Assembly (NCBI RefSeq): GCF_008831285.2
Contig: NC_045138.2
Coordinates: 15,624,001 to 15,688,000 of the forward strand
Origin: Nymphaea colorata
Taxonomy: Eukaryota
DNA: 64,000 nucleotides
Direction of reading: 5' to 3'
In this document: in pieces, positions 1 to 13,724 of the stretch
Numbering within the stretch: position 1 is the first letter of the stretch
How the letters are laid out: every line of letters starts with the position of its first letter
Notes under the pieces: model-generated
Database searches by the model: none
Seen by the model: only the letters and a program-made list of their open reading frames with translations
Told to the model about the DNA's origin: nothing
Program-made: the position numbers and the translations under genes

Positions 1-3000
1 TCCATGACATGAAAAATGTATTTATTCACGTAACGAACAGCTACTTTTCGTAGAAGGAAGAAACTGGAAGTCCTAGGCTCAAAAACCGATTCGATATCCC
101 AAGGGACCCGTCTCGTTTAAAGAGGTAGGGACGAGACGAACGGAGACGGCGGCAGTTGGAGTCGGAAAGCAAATTGGCTGCGGCTTTTTTGTCTCGCTTG
201 GTTTTTTCTGGGCAAATGTGTGGGCGCCACGTGGAGGATTCTTGGCAGTTGACGTGATCAAGTTGGTGACCTATGCCACGACGGCGCTGTGGGTCCCATT
301 GGATTTTAGGTCGACGTGGATCTGCCACGTCATCGGAAGCCAATGTGGGGGAGCCGGCCCATGACGCCTTTTTTTTTTTTTTTTTTTTTTGTCGTTTTCT
401 CCTTTTGTGTTCACATTTTTCACCTTTAGGTTTTCCCCGATTTGAATAGGAAAGTTTTTGGGAGATGTGGAAAGTCGAAAAAGTAAATGCCATTGGAGGC
501 CGTTTGGTTTCCGCGGAATTTGATTCCTATGAATCTAGAAAGTCAAACGAGCAGGCAAGACTCCCAACAAGCTTATGCAACAATAAAAAGGATTTTTTTT
601 TTTTCTTTTTTCTCAAGAGGCACTTCTTTATGGTCTATTCAAACAACAACATTTTTTTGAATAAGTGGTTTACAATCCATCACTCCGAAAACAGGTGTCA
701 AGACTCTTTGTTTTCTTTGTTTATGAAGTCTTACACTGGATTGGCGCCACCGATAGCAACATTGTACCCTTCAATTTAAACATCACATCGAAACCATAAA
801 AATCAAATCAAACTAGGAATGTGCCAACATCCAGTTATGCTACAAACAACATTCTTGGTAGGCCTCCTTTGCGAGGATCATTCATTTAGTTGGTATAGCC
901 CATGTTTCCTAAAAGGGTCTTGGCACGCTGGTTCAAGTCAGGGTGTTGCCCTTGTGTTATAAATGAGAACATGGTAATGCACTAACCTCCGTGTAGGGGA
1001 GGCACACGGGTTTTCAGACATTTAGATTTCGTGAATTGATTTGAGTCAACTTTCTTGCCAAATGATCCAATTCAGTTGAAAACCGAGAACCTACATTCGA
1101 ACTTTCTAATGATGTTTGGCATTTAGATGAGAGCACTAAATCTTATAACCAAGGATATATGAACATTCCAATTCGCGTGCACCGGGTAGGAATTGAACCA
1201 ATGAATTTTGCTTGTGACAACTTGACCCACTCATGGGCTCGAGCACCTGGTTCGGCGGATCAAAGAGTACTGGAGAACAAGATTCTCCCAAATGAGGAAT
1301 TTGAGCCATGAATTTCCCCATAGGACTGGAGGGAAAGTCATTTCTCCTTTGACAAGTGCCGTGTTGAATGAACATCCCAAGAGCTTGCAAACTTCACTAA
1401 CTTGCCAATTTTGGAACTTCCCGTGTGCTGAGGAAGGGGAAGAACTTCTTAGGCTCTCTTGGAGAAGCTCAACAAGCAACTCTATTTGAAAAAGATTTTT
1501 AATAAAGTGAAAAAGAGAAAGGCCAATCCCACTCATGTTCACAGTTGTAATGTAAAGTTTCCCAAAAGTAATGAGATCTTACAAAGAAACGTACTAAAAG
1601 ACCCTAATTATTAACATCCCTTTCTTTCTTTCACTGTTCCTGAAAAATTCGTTTGTAGTTGATCACGATTTAGTTAAAAATGGCTAAGTTGCAAGTGTTT
1701 ATGGTTCTGCTCAAACGAAGGAGAGAGAGAGAAGATGTGGTTGCGTTGGCACCACTATAATCCTGAAGTGGGTGTTGTTTGGTGGTGATGTTAAGTGGAA
1801 ACGGCGGTGGGTCGGTGGCCGTCTCTCTCTCTCTTGAGTTGGTTTTATTTTGTTGACTGATTTTAGAACCCATCATGTGCTTGAAAGCCTAGAGAGGTGT
1901 AGGGTAGTTGGTAGAGCTGGCGGGCTAATGAAAGCGCAGCAGCTTTTGATTGGATTCTTGTCGGCGCTACTTTTTTGAACTGCAAACAATGGACGCATGT
2001 TCTATACAGGTCCTGAAGCAGGAACAGTTTTGACCTCTCAGCGAGTCGCTAAGCAAAAATTAGGAACTCACACAAGCACAGTTAAATTGTTAGTGTCATT
2101 TTTTTGTTGAAACAAATGTTAGTTTCTCGAGTTTCTTTCCTATCGACCTCCAGTTTCTCAAGATGCTTCCTGTGTAATCTACCTGTTATCAATTAGTCGT
2201 TTCAATGCCAAGCTGTTAGCTAACATGCTTCATAAGCTTGGAAAACCTACAAGAACAAGATTAACGTAGATCAACGGTAAAGCCATACTAATCCGCATAT
2301 ATTAGATGCTTATAAATGATAAAGATTCTCCTGAATGTCACCTCAAACTCAAGTTGGTAGCTTCTCATATGAGAAATTGCATGTCTTACACAGATTTCGT
2401 GGCATCAAGTCCTTAGTTCATCGCTGATTTCCATTCGCCGATGCTTTGATTGCTTCAATGAACCGACACATTTCGAATGCATTCGTGAATAATGCCATTC
2501 ATGGCAGCATACTACGTATTAAATTTCGACATGACAGCTCGTGGACGATAAAGATAGCTTCAAAATTTGATATGACCCCAAAAATGTACCAAGATCTAGA
2601 AATCTTGAGAGGCCTCAAAGTAAACAGTTTACTTCTGTTCTTATCATATACCAGGAAAACACCAAAAGCACGCCATGCCAAAATTGAATACAGACAATCC
2701 GCACTCATTGAAAACGTATAAAGCCTGTTGCCCCACCATGAAGGATCCACATCCACTGGAAAGGTGGCTACACTATTCACTCCCCCAAAAGTAAATGCCA
2801 CAGATCCTCTGCACATCCACAAATTTCTTCCTCTCCTGAATACCAACAAACTCTCCAGCGGTTTTTAGAGCAGTTTGAGGAGCCCTAGTGGGTTCCTCGC
2901 TTGAAGATTTCATCAATTTTATAATCAATCGGCCAAAGTTGATGCCTGTCAATGGCAGTTCCTCAGTGTTCGTCATTATCAGAGGATGGGGTCAAGGCCC

Positions 3001-5168
3001 GAAGACTGTGATGTCATGAACAGTAACTTACAGTTTTCTGAGTCACTGGCGTTCACACCAACAACCTCCAATTATTATCAATCATGAGGAATATTAGATT
3101 TGGATGATTTCAACATCTAAAAAGCGATCAAGAATACAAAGTATGTACTAGAAAAGCCAAATAGAAGTATAGATCATCTCTGCATGTACAAAGGCTTGGA
3201 GTGCAGTAACCCCACAGTCTCAGCAGAGCAGCTTCCTGGTAGCTCATGTTTGTGGCCACTGAGCTAGTGGCGAGCCATAAGCATGACATCATTCTGAGGT
3301 GGGAATTTTCAAATCATAGGGGAGAATGATGCAGTAATAGCTGCACAGCAAAAGATAGGACAATCTTCAACCAAAGTTCGGCTGGCTATAATAACATAAC
3401 AAGAATACCGTGAAGTTTCAAACTATTTTCTTGGTCTGCTCAAATTGAGATATATATACATATTACAATAAATAATCTGTTCATCGCAAAAAATCATTGA
3501 AATCTGATCGTGGTTTCTGCTTTTGCAACAAAAATTAGTAGGCGTTTTATTGCAGAAGTAGAACGCGTGATAGGTTGTTCTTTTCCTTTCTTGTCTTACA
3601 GCAGATTAATCAGAACATATTCCCCTCCACCTTCAGATGCCACCATAGTTTCCTTTCTTCCTTTTTTCTGTTGGGGCTACTCTATTGAATTCGATCATTT
3701 TAAAAATCAATTGGGACAGATGACCATAAAATGGGTGCCAGACCCAGTATAGGCACTGCACCGTTTAAAGTTCTAAATTTTCTTCATTATTTTAGCGATC
3801 TAGTGACAAGATCGCTACTTCCCATCAGCCACCCTGCAACAGTAAAGTAATAAAAAGATTGCGCTGTTATCTCAGAGAAATATTCTGAAATCGGTGCAGA
3901 TTGGCGAGCGTTTGTAGAGGATAGAGCTAGAACTTTTATAGCATATTTAATGAATAAGAAATGATAGGGCGCATCACCTCAGGTCCATTGAAATCTGTAA
4001 GATCCCCACAGCCAGGAATATCGCATGGAGAAATAGATATGGTAAGAGAATAGAAGAAAACTGCTTTTTCCTTTGGTTCTCTTGCCTTAGATCATAGGTC
4101 AGCTGATTGGCTTTGGAAGCATCAATTTTGCATGCGCCAACCAAGGAATCAACATTTTTGTGATGACCTTGGGCCCAACCTTACAAATCAAGGTTTTAGT
4201 GACAACTAATATGTACTAAACTAATTAAATATATCGCCGTATATTTACAATGGGTAGTTCTTAATCATGTTTGATTTATCAAATTTATGCAATTAGTCTA
4301 TGCTCCATATTGGGTAGGCAGTTTAACAGTTTGCATCTGATCCGAGGCTTCCAATTAATGGGTTAGGCTCCATATCTGGTAAACAAAAAGTGGTTAATCT
4401 TATACTATAGTTAATTACCAGTAAGTGAACCAGATGTGTGGCAATAGATCGAGCAGAAGCAAGAAAGCAAACATTTTGAAAAATGTAGATCAGCATTAGT
4501 TGATAAGATTTATGATGAAAGCAGTGTGAATGAGAGAAAACAAAAGTGGAAAAGTAACTTTTGAAAAAAGAAGCAAGTTTGCCTATAAACTATGGTCCAC
4601 ACTCTAAAGAAGTATCTGGTTTGGATCGGTATGCTTTAGGAAAACTAAGACCCGACCTTAGTCCGACCAAGCCCAAGCTGAGATCAACAAATTCTCACTG
4701 AATATCAAAAAGCATAAAAGAAGCTGATTAAGAGTTCTAATAGGATTCTGGTAGGACCAACTTATGAACAATCTACCAAATCCGAATTCGGGTCCAGCCG
4801 GCAATGGGAGTGAAAACTACGGGTCATCTAAGATGTTTCGTTGTCCTATTATGTGTACATTACTTTTCTTGAGTTCTTGTTGAACAAAATATGACAAACA
4901 TGTCCGAAGTTTCAAAATCTTCAGACTTTTCTACCAGCATTTTTGAAGATTAATTAAAAGATCAACAAGAACCTTTTTGCTTCCAAATATTGAATTAATT
5001 TCCATAGTTCTGTCTTCACAACGTGGTACATAACTAATTAAACAAGTGCATTTTGCACTTAATTCAAAGAGCTTTACTAATATGAAATGATCTCGTGAGC
5101 AGAACTCAACACCCTCCGTGTTGGCTCTCTTACAACAGGGGATGTGGGGCTATGTTGTTGTAAGCAGT

Positions 5169-6187
5169 CAGTATTGTTAGATGCCTCGGCATCAAGGCGT
5201 GATGCGCACGCATCACTACGCACCATATGTTTAACCATTTGAATCGTACTTGACCTGATGCGCGCACATCGTCGGCGTGATCGAGAAAAACAAACTCCCG
5301 GCACTTCAAACTTGCCGGAAATTAACTCCCAGTTAAAACCACACAAGCAGATTTGAACTGAAAGACTTTCTAACTCCATATAAACTCGGATTTGAACTTA
5401 GAAAAAGGGTTCTCCATTCCCTATTTGTCCAGCGATGGCATTAACGTGCCCTCGCTCTTTGGCAGTCATTGTATAACCTTCGGTGAAGGTTTGATTCAAT
5501 TTCCGTGAATATTTCTGTCTATCTCTCATATATTTCTCTCTTCCTCTCTTTTCTCTTTTGGTTGAATATTTGATTTTTGTCGACAAGAATCATAGATTGG
5601 TCAGTAGTTATTCTTGCTGGTTCTTCAAGATGTTACATGCTCTCTAGTTCATCTATATTGTGTTAGACATCTAATTTGATATTATGTTTTTGAATTTATT
5701 TTGAAGAATAAGAATTGTCGACTTGATTTCATTTGTTATGGACACCTACTTATAAATTTTTATATGTAACTCTTTTATTTCTTATTTTACAAGTTTCATT
5801 GAGTGTCAACTGTCAAGATTTTCTTTCTTTTGTGCAAGCATAAGACGAAAAAAAAACTTTAAACCTTTGGTTTTTAAATTTTCATAAAATCCTATCGTGA
5901 TTTGAAGAAATATATTTTTTAATTTTCATTTTTAGGTTTTTTAAATTGAAGATTATACCTTTATAATTAGTTTTAATTTATAGAAAAATATACATAAGAA
6001 GTTTTTCATATAATATAGTTTTCCAAATCATTTTTACTTTCTTATTTTTCATTTTTTATACTTTTTAATGTTATTATATATTTTAAAATTTTGAACCTTA
6101 TGCTTATGCATCACATCACCATGTTACACACTGCGTCGCCTCATAGGCTCAACGCATCGCTTCACATCAACGTACTTAACAACATTG
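5169..6187. mobile_element. Non-autonomous DNA transposon (hAT-like termini), about 1.0 kb
   Basis: Left end CAGTATTGTTAG versus reverse complement of right end CAATGTTGTTAA (9/12). Flanks GTAAGCAGT (5160-5168) and GTAAACAGT (6188-6196) match at 8/9. GCATC/GCGTC-rich subterminal motifs at both ends; AT-rich interior. Confidence 0.6.
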
Positions 6188-6731
6188 GTAAACAGTATAT
6201 CAACTAAAAAATGATATATCAAACTTAAAGTACAACAACTAATATGATTCTAACAAGTAGTCTCACTATCTTCTTTCTTTCCTTTCCTGATCATTGGATG
6301 CTAGCGAAGGAGAATGCAATAACAGAGACAATAAAAATATTAGTATGAGCAAGCCTAACATAAAATTTTCTACATTTGAACAATTTCTGTATTAAAAGCA
6401 TACAAATCAGGCTCCCCATGCAACTTAATCTTTAAATGATGCGGAATTTTCATAAAAATTTCTGATTCTCTCATATACAGCAGCTATCTGTAAAAGTATC
6501 AACCAAATAATTAAGCTGTTCTTCAGTAAATAACAAAGAATGTCGATATATATTCAAAGACAAAGCATATGTGACATAAGAATTGGCTATATACAGATGC
6601 TGAACCTCCCAGTGCTCCCTATTCACTCACCTGACATTATTTCAATAAACTGCTGTCTACATAAAACTCAGAGGAGTCTAAACAAGACTAGAAGAGATGC
6701 AACCACACTAGGTCAATCGAACCCAGTTGGG

Positions 6732-7578
6732 TCAGCTACTGTGCCCAGACCCGCCTTGTATTGACTCGTAGTCTAGTGGCTCTGTCGCTGTTGTAATGTC
6801 GTGAATGCTCGCGCGCTTCCGTTCCTTCTTTGATGCACCCTGGCGAATGAAGTACTTCTGAGCGTGGCTAGCCACCTGTGTCGGCGTCCTCGAGATCACT
6901 GCATTTCGCGAAATGCTTCGCCAATCTCCCTTCCCATACTTCTCCAGTCCAATCAGAAACAGCCTGATACATAATTCACATGATAGGATTTATATAGGTG
7001 ACAATGCATACACAACTGACTTTACAATGTGTTGAGTCGGCCAAAGGGGCGTAAGGTAGTTGGTTGGGTTGATAAACTGGTGAAAGCTTGGTCATCGATT
7101 CGAATCCTATAGGTACTATTCCTTGACTACAAACAGTGTCTGACATTACTATTGTTGAAGAGAGTAACCGGTAAATTAACCCAAGTCCCAAAGCAGCCTT
7201 GAACTCGGTAGGCAGGAAGAAACGGGAACGGGTTTTGATCTCTTCGGGGTAAGACAGATGGAAGCCCAACCATTGGTTTGATTCATGTGAGTATTACTCC
7301 TCTTGACAGAAAGCAATGTCTGACATTACTATCGATGAAGGGAGAAACTAGTAAGGTTTCAAAGCAGCCTTGAACTCAAGGAAGGAGGAAATAAGGAGGA
7401 GTTTTGACCTCTTCGATCTCTTTGTTATGGACAAAGGTAGACTCCTATCATGGTCAGCCAAAAGATGATCAATGGGTATTCAACACTTGACATGACATGC
7501 ATCAAGTTGAAGTTCTAAAGCCCAAGTTGATCACTTGTTCGACTGTATTAGGCTATCAAATTTAGTCCAATAGGAATT

Positions 7579-7637
<59 letters not shown>

Positions 7638-9117
7638 GGGTACAACTTTAAACTAAATATGAGCTTAATGTCTTCTTGATACTGGCTGAAAGAATCAAGT
7701 TAAATCATGACATGCTGGAAAAGGTACAAGTGCGTACTTTCTAAGGCTGTCTTGCCTTCTACAAGCAAAGGAACACCATTTTCATATTGTTTTGTCATAC
7801 TCATATCCTTAGAGAGCTATAGGGCATTGGTAACTGAAATGAAATTACAAATATCGAAACATGTAAACAATAAAAGCTCAAGAACCTTATTTGTGACTAT
7901 GGACTGTCAGAATATTATGTATTGGTGCAATAATTTTCAACCCATAAGGAATTATTGAATGTTTAAAAATGTGGAAAAATGTATAAAAATTGTTCTAGAC
8001 TCTAGCTTCCTATTATTGTATATTGTCATATTAAAGATAAGTAGATGGCGCTACATAGCGCCAATTAATATTACTAATCCCCATGAAAGTCAAGAGTGGT
8101 GGGATCTAGTAATGCAACTCATGAAGTTGGAAACTTTGTCTTCATTTAGGTTCTTCTCACAGGTTTAATCATAATGAATTCCATACGCCCCAAAACATCA
8201 AAATAAATTCTCCAACTTTGCATGCATTGCAGACTTCTTAAGCAAAGAAAAGAAATTTCAGTGCTTATGAATTAGTTTTGGGCATGAAAAATTATGTGTG
8301 GTACATATATGTTGCACTTTTCTCAGCCTTTTAGCTAGCTATAATCAAGTGTCAAAAAAAGCCGGCGTTGCCAGAATCGATTCTGGAATTAAATCGGCAA
8401 ATAGGCCGACTCACCGATCCGGCTGAATTGGTTAGGAATAGGTGAAAGGCATTAAAAAGACAAGTTCTCGAAGGAAATAAATAACATTAAAATAATTATA
8501 AAATTGCTAAAATTCTTAAAAATGTTTTTAAAATATAAAAAAACCGAGACGTTGCATTCTTGAATTGGCCACCGAATCGAATCGGTTTGCCAACATGAAC
8601 ACGGTTGAAGATAGTCTTTGGGTTGTCCTTACCAGGAGCGTTTTGCGGGGCTTAGGACTTAGGAGTGTGCCGCCAAAAAGGGCGATTCCGGCGTATCACC
8701 GAGCTGTTCTTCAACGCTAGGTCAACGGAAAAACGAAAAAAAACCAATGAATCTTTGTTTGGCTTACCTGTGTTCTTCTTCCGTCCAAGGGACTCCCTTC
8801 TTCCTCTCCGGCTCGGACTTGGCTCCTGTGCTAGAAGTCGGCGAGGCCTCTTCAACAAGAACATCGTCTTCTTCATTGCTTTCCCGCTGTGGCCACGGCG
8901 GCTCGACTCGGCCGGACTCAATCTCGGCGACGTCGAGCAAGAGTTTTTCGTACCAGAGCTTCAGCTCCAACGGCGTTCTTCCCTGCATGAAGCTTGCCAT
9001 GGTGTGCCACCGGTCCGGCGTGTCGTCCGGGAACTTGGCCAAGTACAACTCGAACCGCTTGTTCTCCTCCCATGTCCAAGGGAACGAGCAGGAGCAGCAG
9101 AAGTCCCTCGCAAACAT
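6732..9117 (-). CDS. DIVARICATA/SRM1-like R-R-type MYB transcription factor, 2 exons, 193 aa
   Basis: Exons 9117-8768 and 6963-6732 with a GT-AG intron. First SANT repeat [10 protein letters not shown]...DRW, then [50 protein letters not shown] and [10 protein letters not shown]. Stop TGA at 6734-6732. Confidence 0.93.
7131..7414. repeat. Degenerate tandem duplication (period about 180 bp) in the MYB intron
   Basis: The block TGTCTGACATTACTAT...AAAGCAGCCTTGAACTC...GTTTTGA(T/C)CTCTTCG occurs at about 7131-7245 and 7311-7414. Confidence 0.75.
7581..7634. repeat. (AT)n microsatellite
   Basis: Pure AT dinucleotide run. Confidence 0.95.
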
Positions 9118-9231
9118 GGCCCTCTTGATTCCAATGGAGCACTGTAGCCAAGTCTTGACGTCTCTGTCGATCTTGTTCTTCCCTTCTTTAAGAAGAGATG
9201 TGGACTTAAATGGAATACAGGCACAAGTTTA

Positions 9232-9300
9232 GCAGCGCGGGTGAAAAAAAGCCAAATGTAAGATGGCAGCGCGGGTGAAAAAAAGCCAAATGTGAGATGG
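9232..9300. repeat. 34-bp tandem duplication upstream of the MYB start codon
   Basis: GCAGCGCGGGTGAAAAAAAGCCAAATGT(A/G)AGATG at 9232 and 9266. Confidence 0.9.
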
Positions 9301-9976
9301 CGGGGGAATTAGGGATGCAAGCGGGTTGGATTTGGGTCACATGTATCCATTACCATATTCGGTTGTTTGGATATGGTCTTACTGGACTTCGTATTGGATT
9401 TGGACTTCCAAGAATCATCAAATTAGAGCGAATCAGATTGTCCACATTCCGGCATTTTATTCGAACAAATAAACGGATATAAAGGTAAGTTAAGATCGAA
9501 AAAATATCACTTAAAACCTAATTGTTGAGTTCGCGAAAACAATATTGGTAGAACCGTGGTTAAATATCAGTGTTATTGGATATGGTTCGGATCTCGGATC
9601 CAAATAAGCAATGTGAAGGAAGGAGGGAAGCGGAAAGAAGCAAGGAAACGAATTTTGTCAATTTCTTGGTAATTTTCGGTGTCTTGAATATAAACCGGAT
9701 CGAGTAACATTTGGTATCTTCTAATTCGGGTCCTTCTATTGCTTGTTTGGCTTACCAGATCCATTGGATCCGTGGCGACAGGAAGAAGGTGAGGGTAGCG
9801 CGGGAGCCCTACCCAGGCCATCCCAAGGAGGAATCGGAAATTCTCCGAGTCGGACAACAAATTTCCGGGTTGATTATTAGTTCTTTACTTGATTTGGTCT
9901 TCGACGGCCCTCTCCGTCACAACGTTTGGGCACACGGTGGCTTTTCCTGAATATTCCCGTAAATAGTCGGGAAGAA

Positions 9977-11143
9977 ATGGCGATGACGATCGAAGGTAAG
10001 GGGTTTCTAGCCTCACCCATTCCCCCGAATCTTTAATTCTCGATTTCTAGTGCTGTTTTCCTCTTGATGTCTGCAAATTATTGCCGGTTCTTTTCTGCTT
10101 TTCGCTCTTGGAATCTTGCCCTCCTAAATTGGTGGTGAACGTCTTCTTGGTTCCTAGTAAATTAGGTATTCGTGCCGGCCAACTTGATGGCCAATTTGAG
10201 CAGAATAGAGAAACACCTTTTCCCCCTTTTCTTCAATGGGATTGCATGTGGATTTCGAGTTTCGACGATATCTGAAAGTCAAACTAGAATTCCATGTTGC
10301 CACCGTCCGACACTCCCCTCTCTCTCTATCTCTCTCCCTCTCTCTGATACTCATGGTACTTGTTCATGCCTTGCGAGTTATTAGTTTGTTTCAGTGAAGA
10401 ACTTCGTATATTTTTTGCCGATCGGAATATTTACGTCGTGCTTTAAAACTTCGTACAATTTTTGCTCATCGGAATATTTACGTTGTGCTTTAAAACTTCG
10501 TATAATTTTTGCTGATTGGAATATTTACGTCGTGCTTTAAAATTGGCGCTGGATAATTGTCTTCATTGTGAAATCAAGAGGGAGGTTTGATCTGATGCTG
10601 TGGCATTTAAACTATTGAGTGCATTGTTCGTTAGATGCCGTTACAGGTAGAGTACTACTATTCCTACTGAATTCTGCAAGCTATACAAAATGTTTCATGC
10701 AAATACTACTATTCTGCAAAGTTAGTCGGGAGAAATAGTATCCCCAGTTGGTCTTGATTATCGGCAGAATAAGGTGATTTCAAGAACCTTGAGATTAGCA
10801 TTTCGCATACCACTTTGGAGTAGCAGAACTTGGTTACACACCCTAACTAGGAATTAAGTTACTCTGATGGGCATAAGTGTGTAGTGAGGTCGGGAGATAT
10901 GCCACACAAGGGATGCTTTTGCATTTAAGTCTAAAACATTCAAGCGAAAATTGCCTTAGTTCCCATTAAATGAACTTATATTGTACAGCCATATATCTGC
11001 AGCGACTTATTTCTTTTAGACGTGGATACTTTTAATTTCTTATACCAAGTTTTTAGTTTTGACTAACTTGTTTTAATTTTTTCTGTTTGCAACTCGGGCT
11101 TCATGGTCTCTCAATTGTTTTTTCCTACAGTGTAAGCCCTCCC

Positions 11144-11188
<45 letters not shown>

Positions 11189-13550
11189 TCTGATCTTCAA
11201 CTAGTTTTGTGTTTGATTATCTTTTTTGTTTTCCTGGTATACAGGCTTGCTGGACTTGCATTTATGTTTTCAGCAAGCATTCTCCTGCAAATATTGGTAT
11301 GCTTCTTGTACTTATTAGTTGTGTTTCTCCCTCTTTCTTTGTGCGTAGGATAGTGTTTGCCTAGGGATTTTGTCCTAACAGCTCATAAAATACTGTTGCA
11401 GTTAAATTTTTGGTGCCATGAATATATTCAACTGGGTTGCTTTACTTGAGAGAGACAGAAAGTGTGTGTGTGCATTGGTGTATGTATATGTCCTATAATT
11501 CAATGCACCTTCTTCAGAAAGGAAGTTTTCAGTCCGTTTTTTGGAGGTGCCCTTAGTATGTGCTTTTATATGAACTACTCTTTGGTTTACCAGCACTGAA
11601 ACAAGTGGGGCCTCTGTGGACTACTTTGCCACAACTACAGAATGGATTGTTTCCCAATCCTAAAGGGACCAATGGGGAGATTGATGTTAACCAGGGAACT
11701 CCTCCATGACTTTGTCCATCTTTTGTTTTTCTAGACATTGGAATTTATTACTATCCTTTATGATGAGGATACAATTTTATAAGTATGGAATCCTCTTCTG
11801 TCGCATTCCTTTCTTATGGCACCTAACTGCAAGAGACTGATGAAATTGTGTGATCCACCCTTTCTCTGAACTGCTCAAAATCCTCTATTTCCTGGCAACG
11901 CTTAAATCGTATTGTAGAATTTGATTCTGCAATTTATTCTACATATTATCTCCATAGAGTCTATGAGAATGCACTATCTGCACTGGGTTCACCAATTCAA
12001 GTAATACTTTCTTTACTGTGTTTTGTTGGTTGGTTTAGTAGAAGCTAGTTATTATGTGTACTAGTCCATATGCTGATATGCATATCTCTTGACTCACAAT
12101 TGAGGAGGTAAAATGATGTTTTGCACTTCTCTCTTTTGTCCCATTTGCTGACCTCTTAACCTGCCTCTTTCATTCTTGAGTCAAATAGGTGGAACTGGTC
12201 CATACTGATACTTGTAAACTAAACACGTAACTGCTACCATGTTTCTCTTTGGGAACTACTTGTTTACATTTCCTTTTGGGTGTTGATAGATCAGGAGTCT
12301 GGATCTTTGTCCTTTGTTTGAAGTGAATAAAGGTTTCTGACAAATGTATGCATAAGTTTATCTGGAGAAACTTTAAATGTAACTAGGGTGTATTATATAA
12401 TTGTTTCCCATTATGGCAATGCTGCTGTAATTCATAGACTTCTCTGTCATGGGCAGGCTTGTGCCTTGTACAACAATTGGTGGCCTTTGCTATCAGGTAT
12501 GCATTTTCAATTCATGTCATGTTTTGCATCTGAGTAAAACATTTATTCACTATACAAAAGTTTGAAAATTTAACTTGGTGGTAACCTGTGGCTGCAGCTC
12601 TCATGTATGTATTGGTGCCTATGCCCTGCCTATTTTTTGGAGGGGGTTCAACTCAGTTTCTGATTTCCAGGGATGGCGGTGGGTGAGTAATATATTTTTC
12701 TTCTTCATCTTCATTAAATTACAGAAATCCTTCTTAACATAATGCTAGGTTGGATGAGCGAACCTGAGTTCATCAATTATCAGTTTTGATGATTCTCACG
12801 ATCATCATACGGGAAAAGTTAACTCAGCCAATATAAAGTTTCTTTGTCGTTTCTAATTTGATGTTCAGAAGCTGAGTACTAGGCTGTATATCTGCAACAC
12901 TGAGTTCGATCATTTTCTGCAGTGTGGACGCTTCAATTTTCTGCGGTTAACAAATTCTTTAGTGCTCACTTCATTAGTTGCTAGGATTTCCAGATGTTTG
13001 GCAACTCATTGTGTGATTAAATTTGTCTTTGCATTTTGTAAAAGATTTTGTTTGATTCTCTATTCCTGATAGAAAATTGGCTGTGAAATTACTGGATCAA
13101 CTGTTCGATTGTACATTTCTTTAAAGGAGATTCTAGCTCTAAAGTTCGTGTATCTTTACATTTTTTTTTCCCACATCGAGAGGGTTAACAAACTAGGATG
13201 CAGAACGAACACTACCAATCTTTGATCCTGGTAGCTTGTGCATGCTGGTGGTGTGTTTTTTTATCATTGATCCTGGTAGATTGTGCATGACGGTAGCATG
13301 GTCTAGTTCCAATTCTTTTTATATAATTGAAGTTGCTGATCTTTTATATCTTTCTACTTTCTGCAGATGGATGGATGCAGCAAAATTTCTGACTGGTGCT
13401 TCTGCTGTTGGAAGTATTGCCATCCCTGCAATTTTAAGGCACGCCAATTTGATAGAGACGGGTGCCATGTTCATCGAGTTCACTTCCTTCTTCATTCTTG
13501 TTTGCACAGTGTTATGTTTCCATAAAGTGAGCCTTGAAGAAGATTGGTGA
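9977..13550 (+). CDS. VPS55: Vacuolar protein sorting 55 homolog, 6 exons including a 1-nt microexon, 126 aa
   Basis: Exons 9977-9995, 11131, 11245-11296, 12457-12496, 12598-12682 and 13367-13550 (381 nt, all introns GT-AG). Translation MAMTIEVLAGLAFMFSASILLQILACALYNNWWPLLSALMYVLVPMPCLFFGGGSTQFLISRDGGGWMDAAKFLTGASAVGSIAIP...EEDW. Confidence 0.92.
10400..10540. repeat. 47-bp minisatellite, 3 copies, in VPS55 intron 1
   Basis: AACTTCGTA...TTTTTGC...GGAATATTTACGT(C/T)GTGCTTTAA at 10400, 10447 and 10494. Confidence 0.92.
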
Positions 13551-13688
13551 AGCTACTTGTATTGCTTAACCAGTAATTGTGCAAAAGAAGGGAAATGTAC
13601 CCTCCTTCTGGAATCTGAAGAGGATGAATTTTTCAAATTTATATTTTGTATAAAATACGAACACTTGAAGCTCTCTCTCTCTCTCTCC

Positions 13689-13724
<36 letters not shown>

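Noticed and set aside
41..493. 150-aa ORF and CCACGT-rich segment at the window start
   Set aside because: The Lys run comes from a poly-T tract. It may be a transposon terminus, but no partner TIR or TSD could be located.
800..3000. Several ORFs of 65-116 aa, possibly a decayed retroelement or pseudogene
   Set aside because: No recognisable domain motif and no consistent splice or frame model.
8652..9232. Overlapping ORFs of up to 161 aa in other frames
   Set aside because: Shadow frames of the GC-rich MYB exon 1.
10400..10540. Regularly spaced repeats resembling a CRISPR array
   Set aside because: Head-to-tail minisatellite with no unique spacers, inside a eukaryotic intron.
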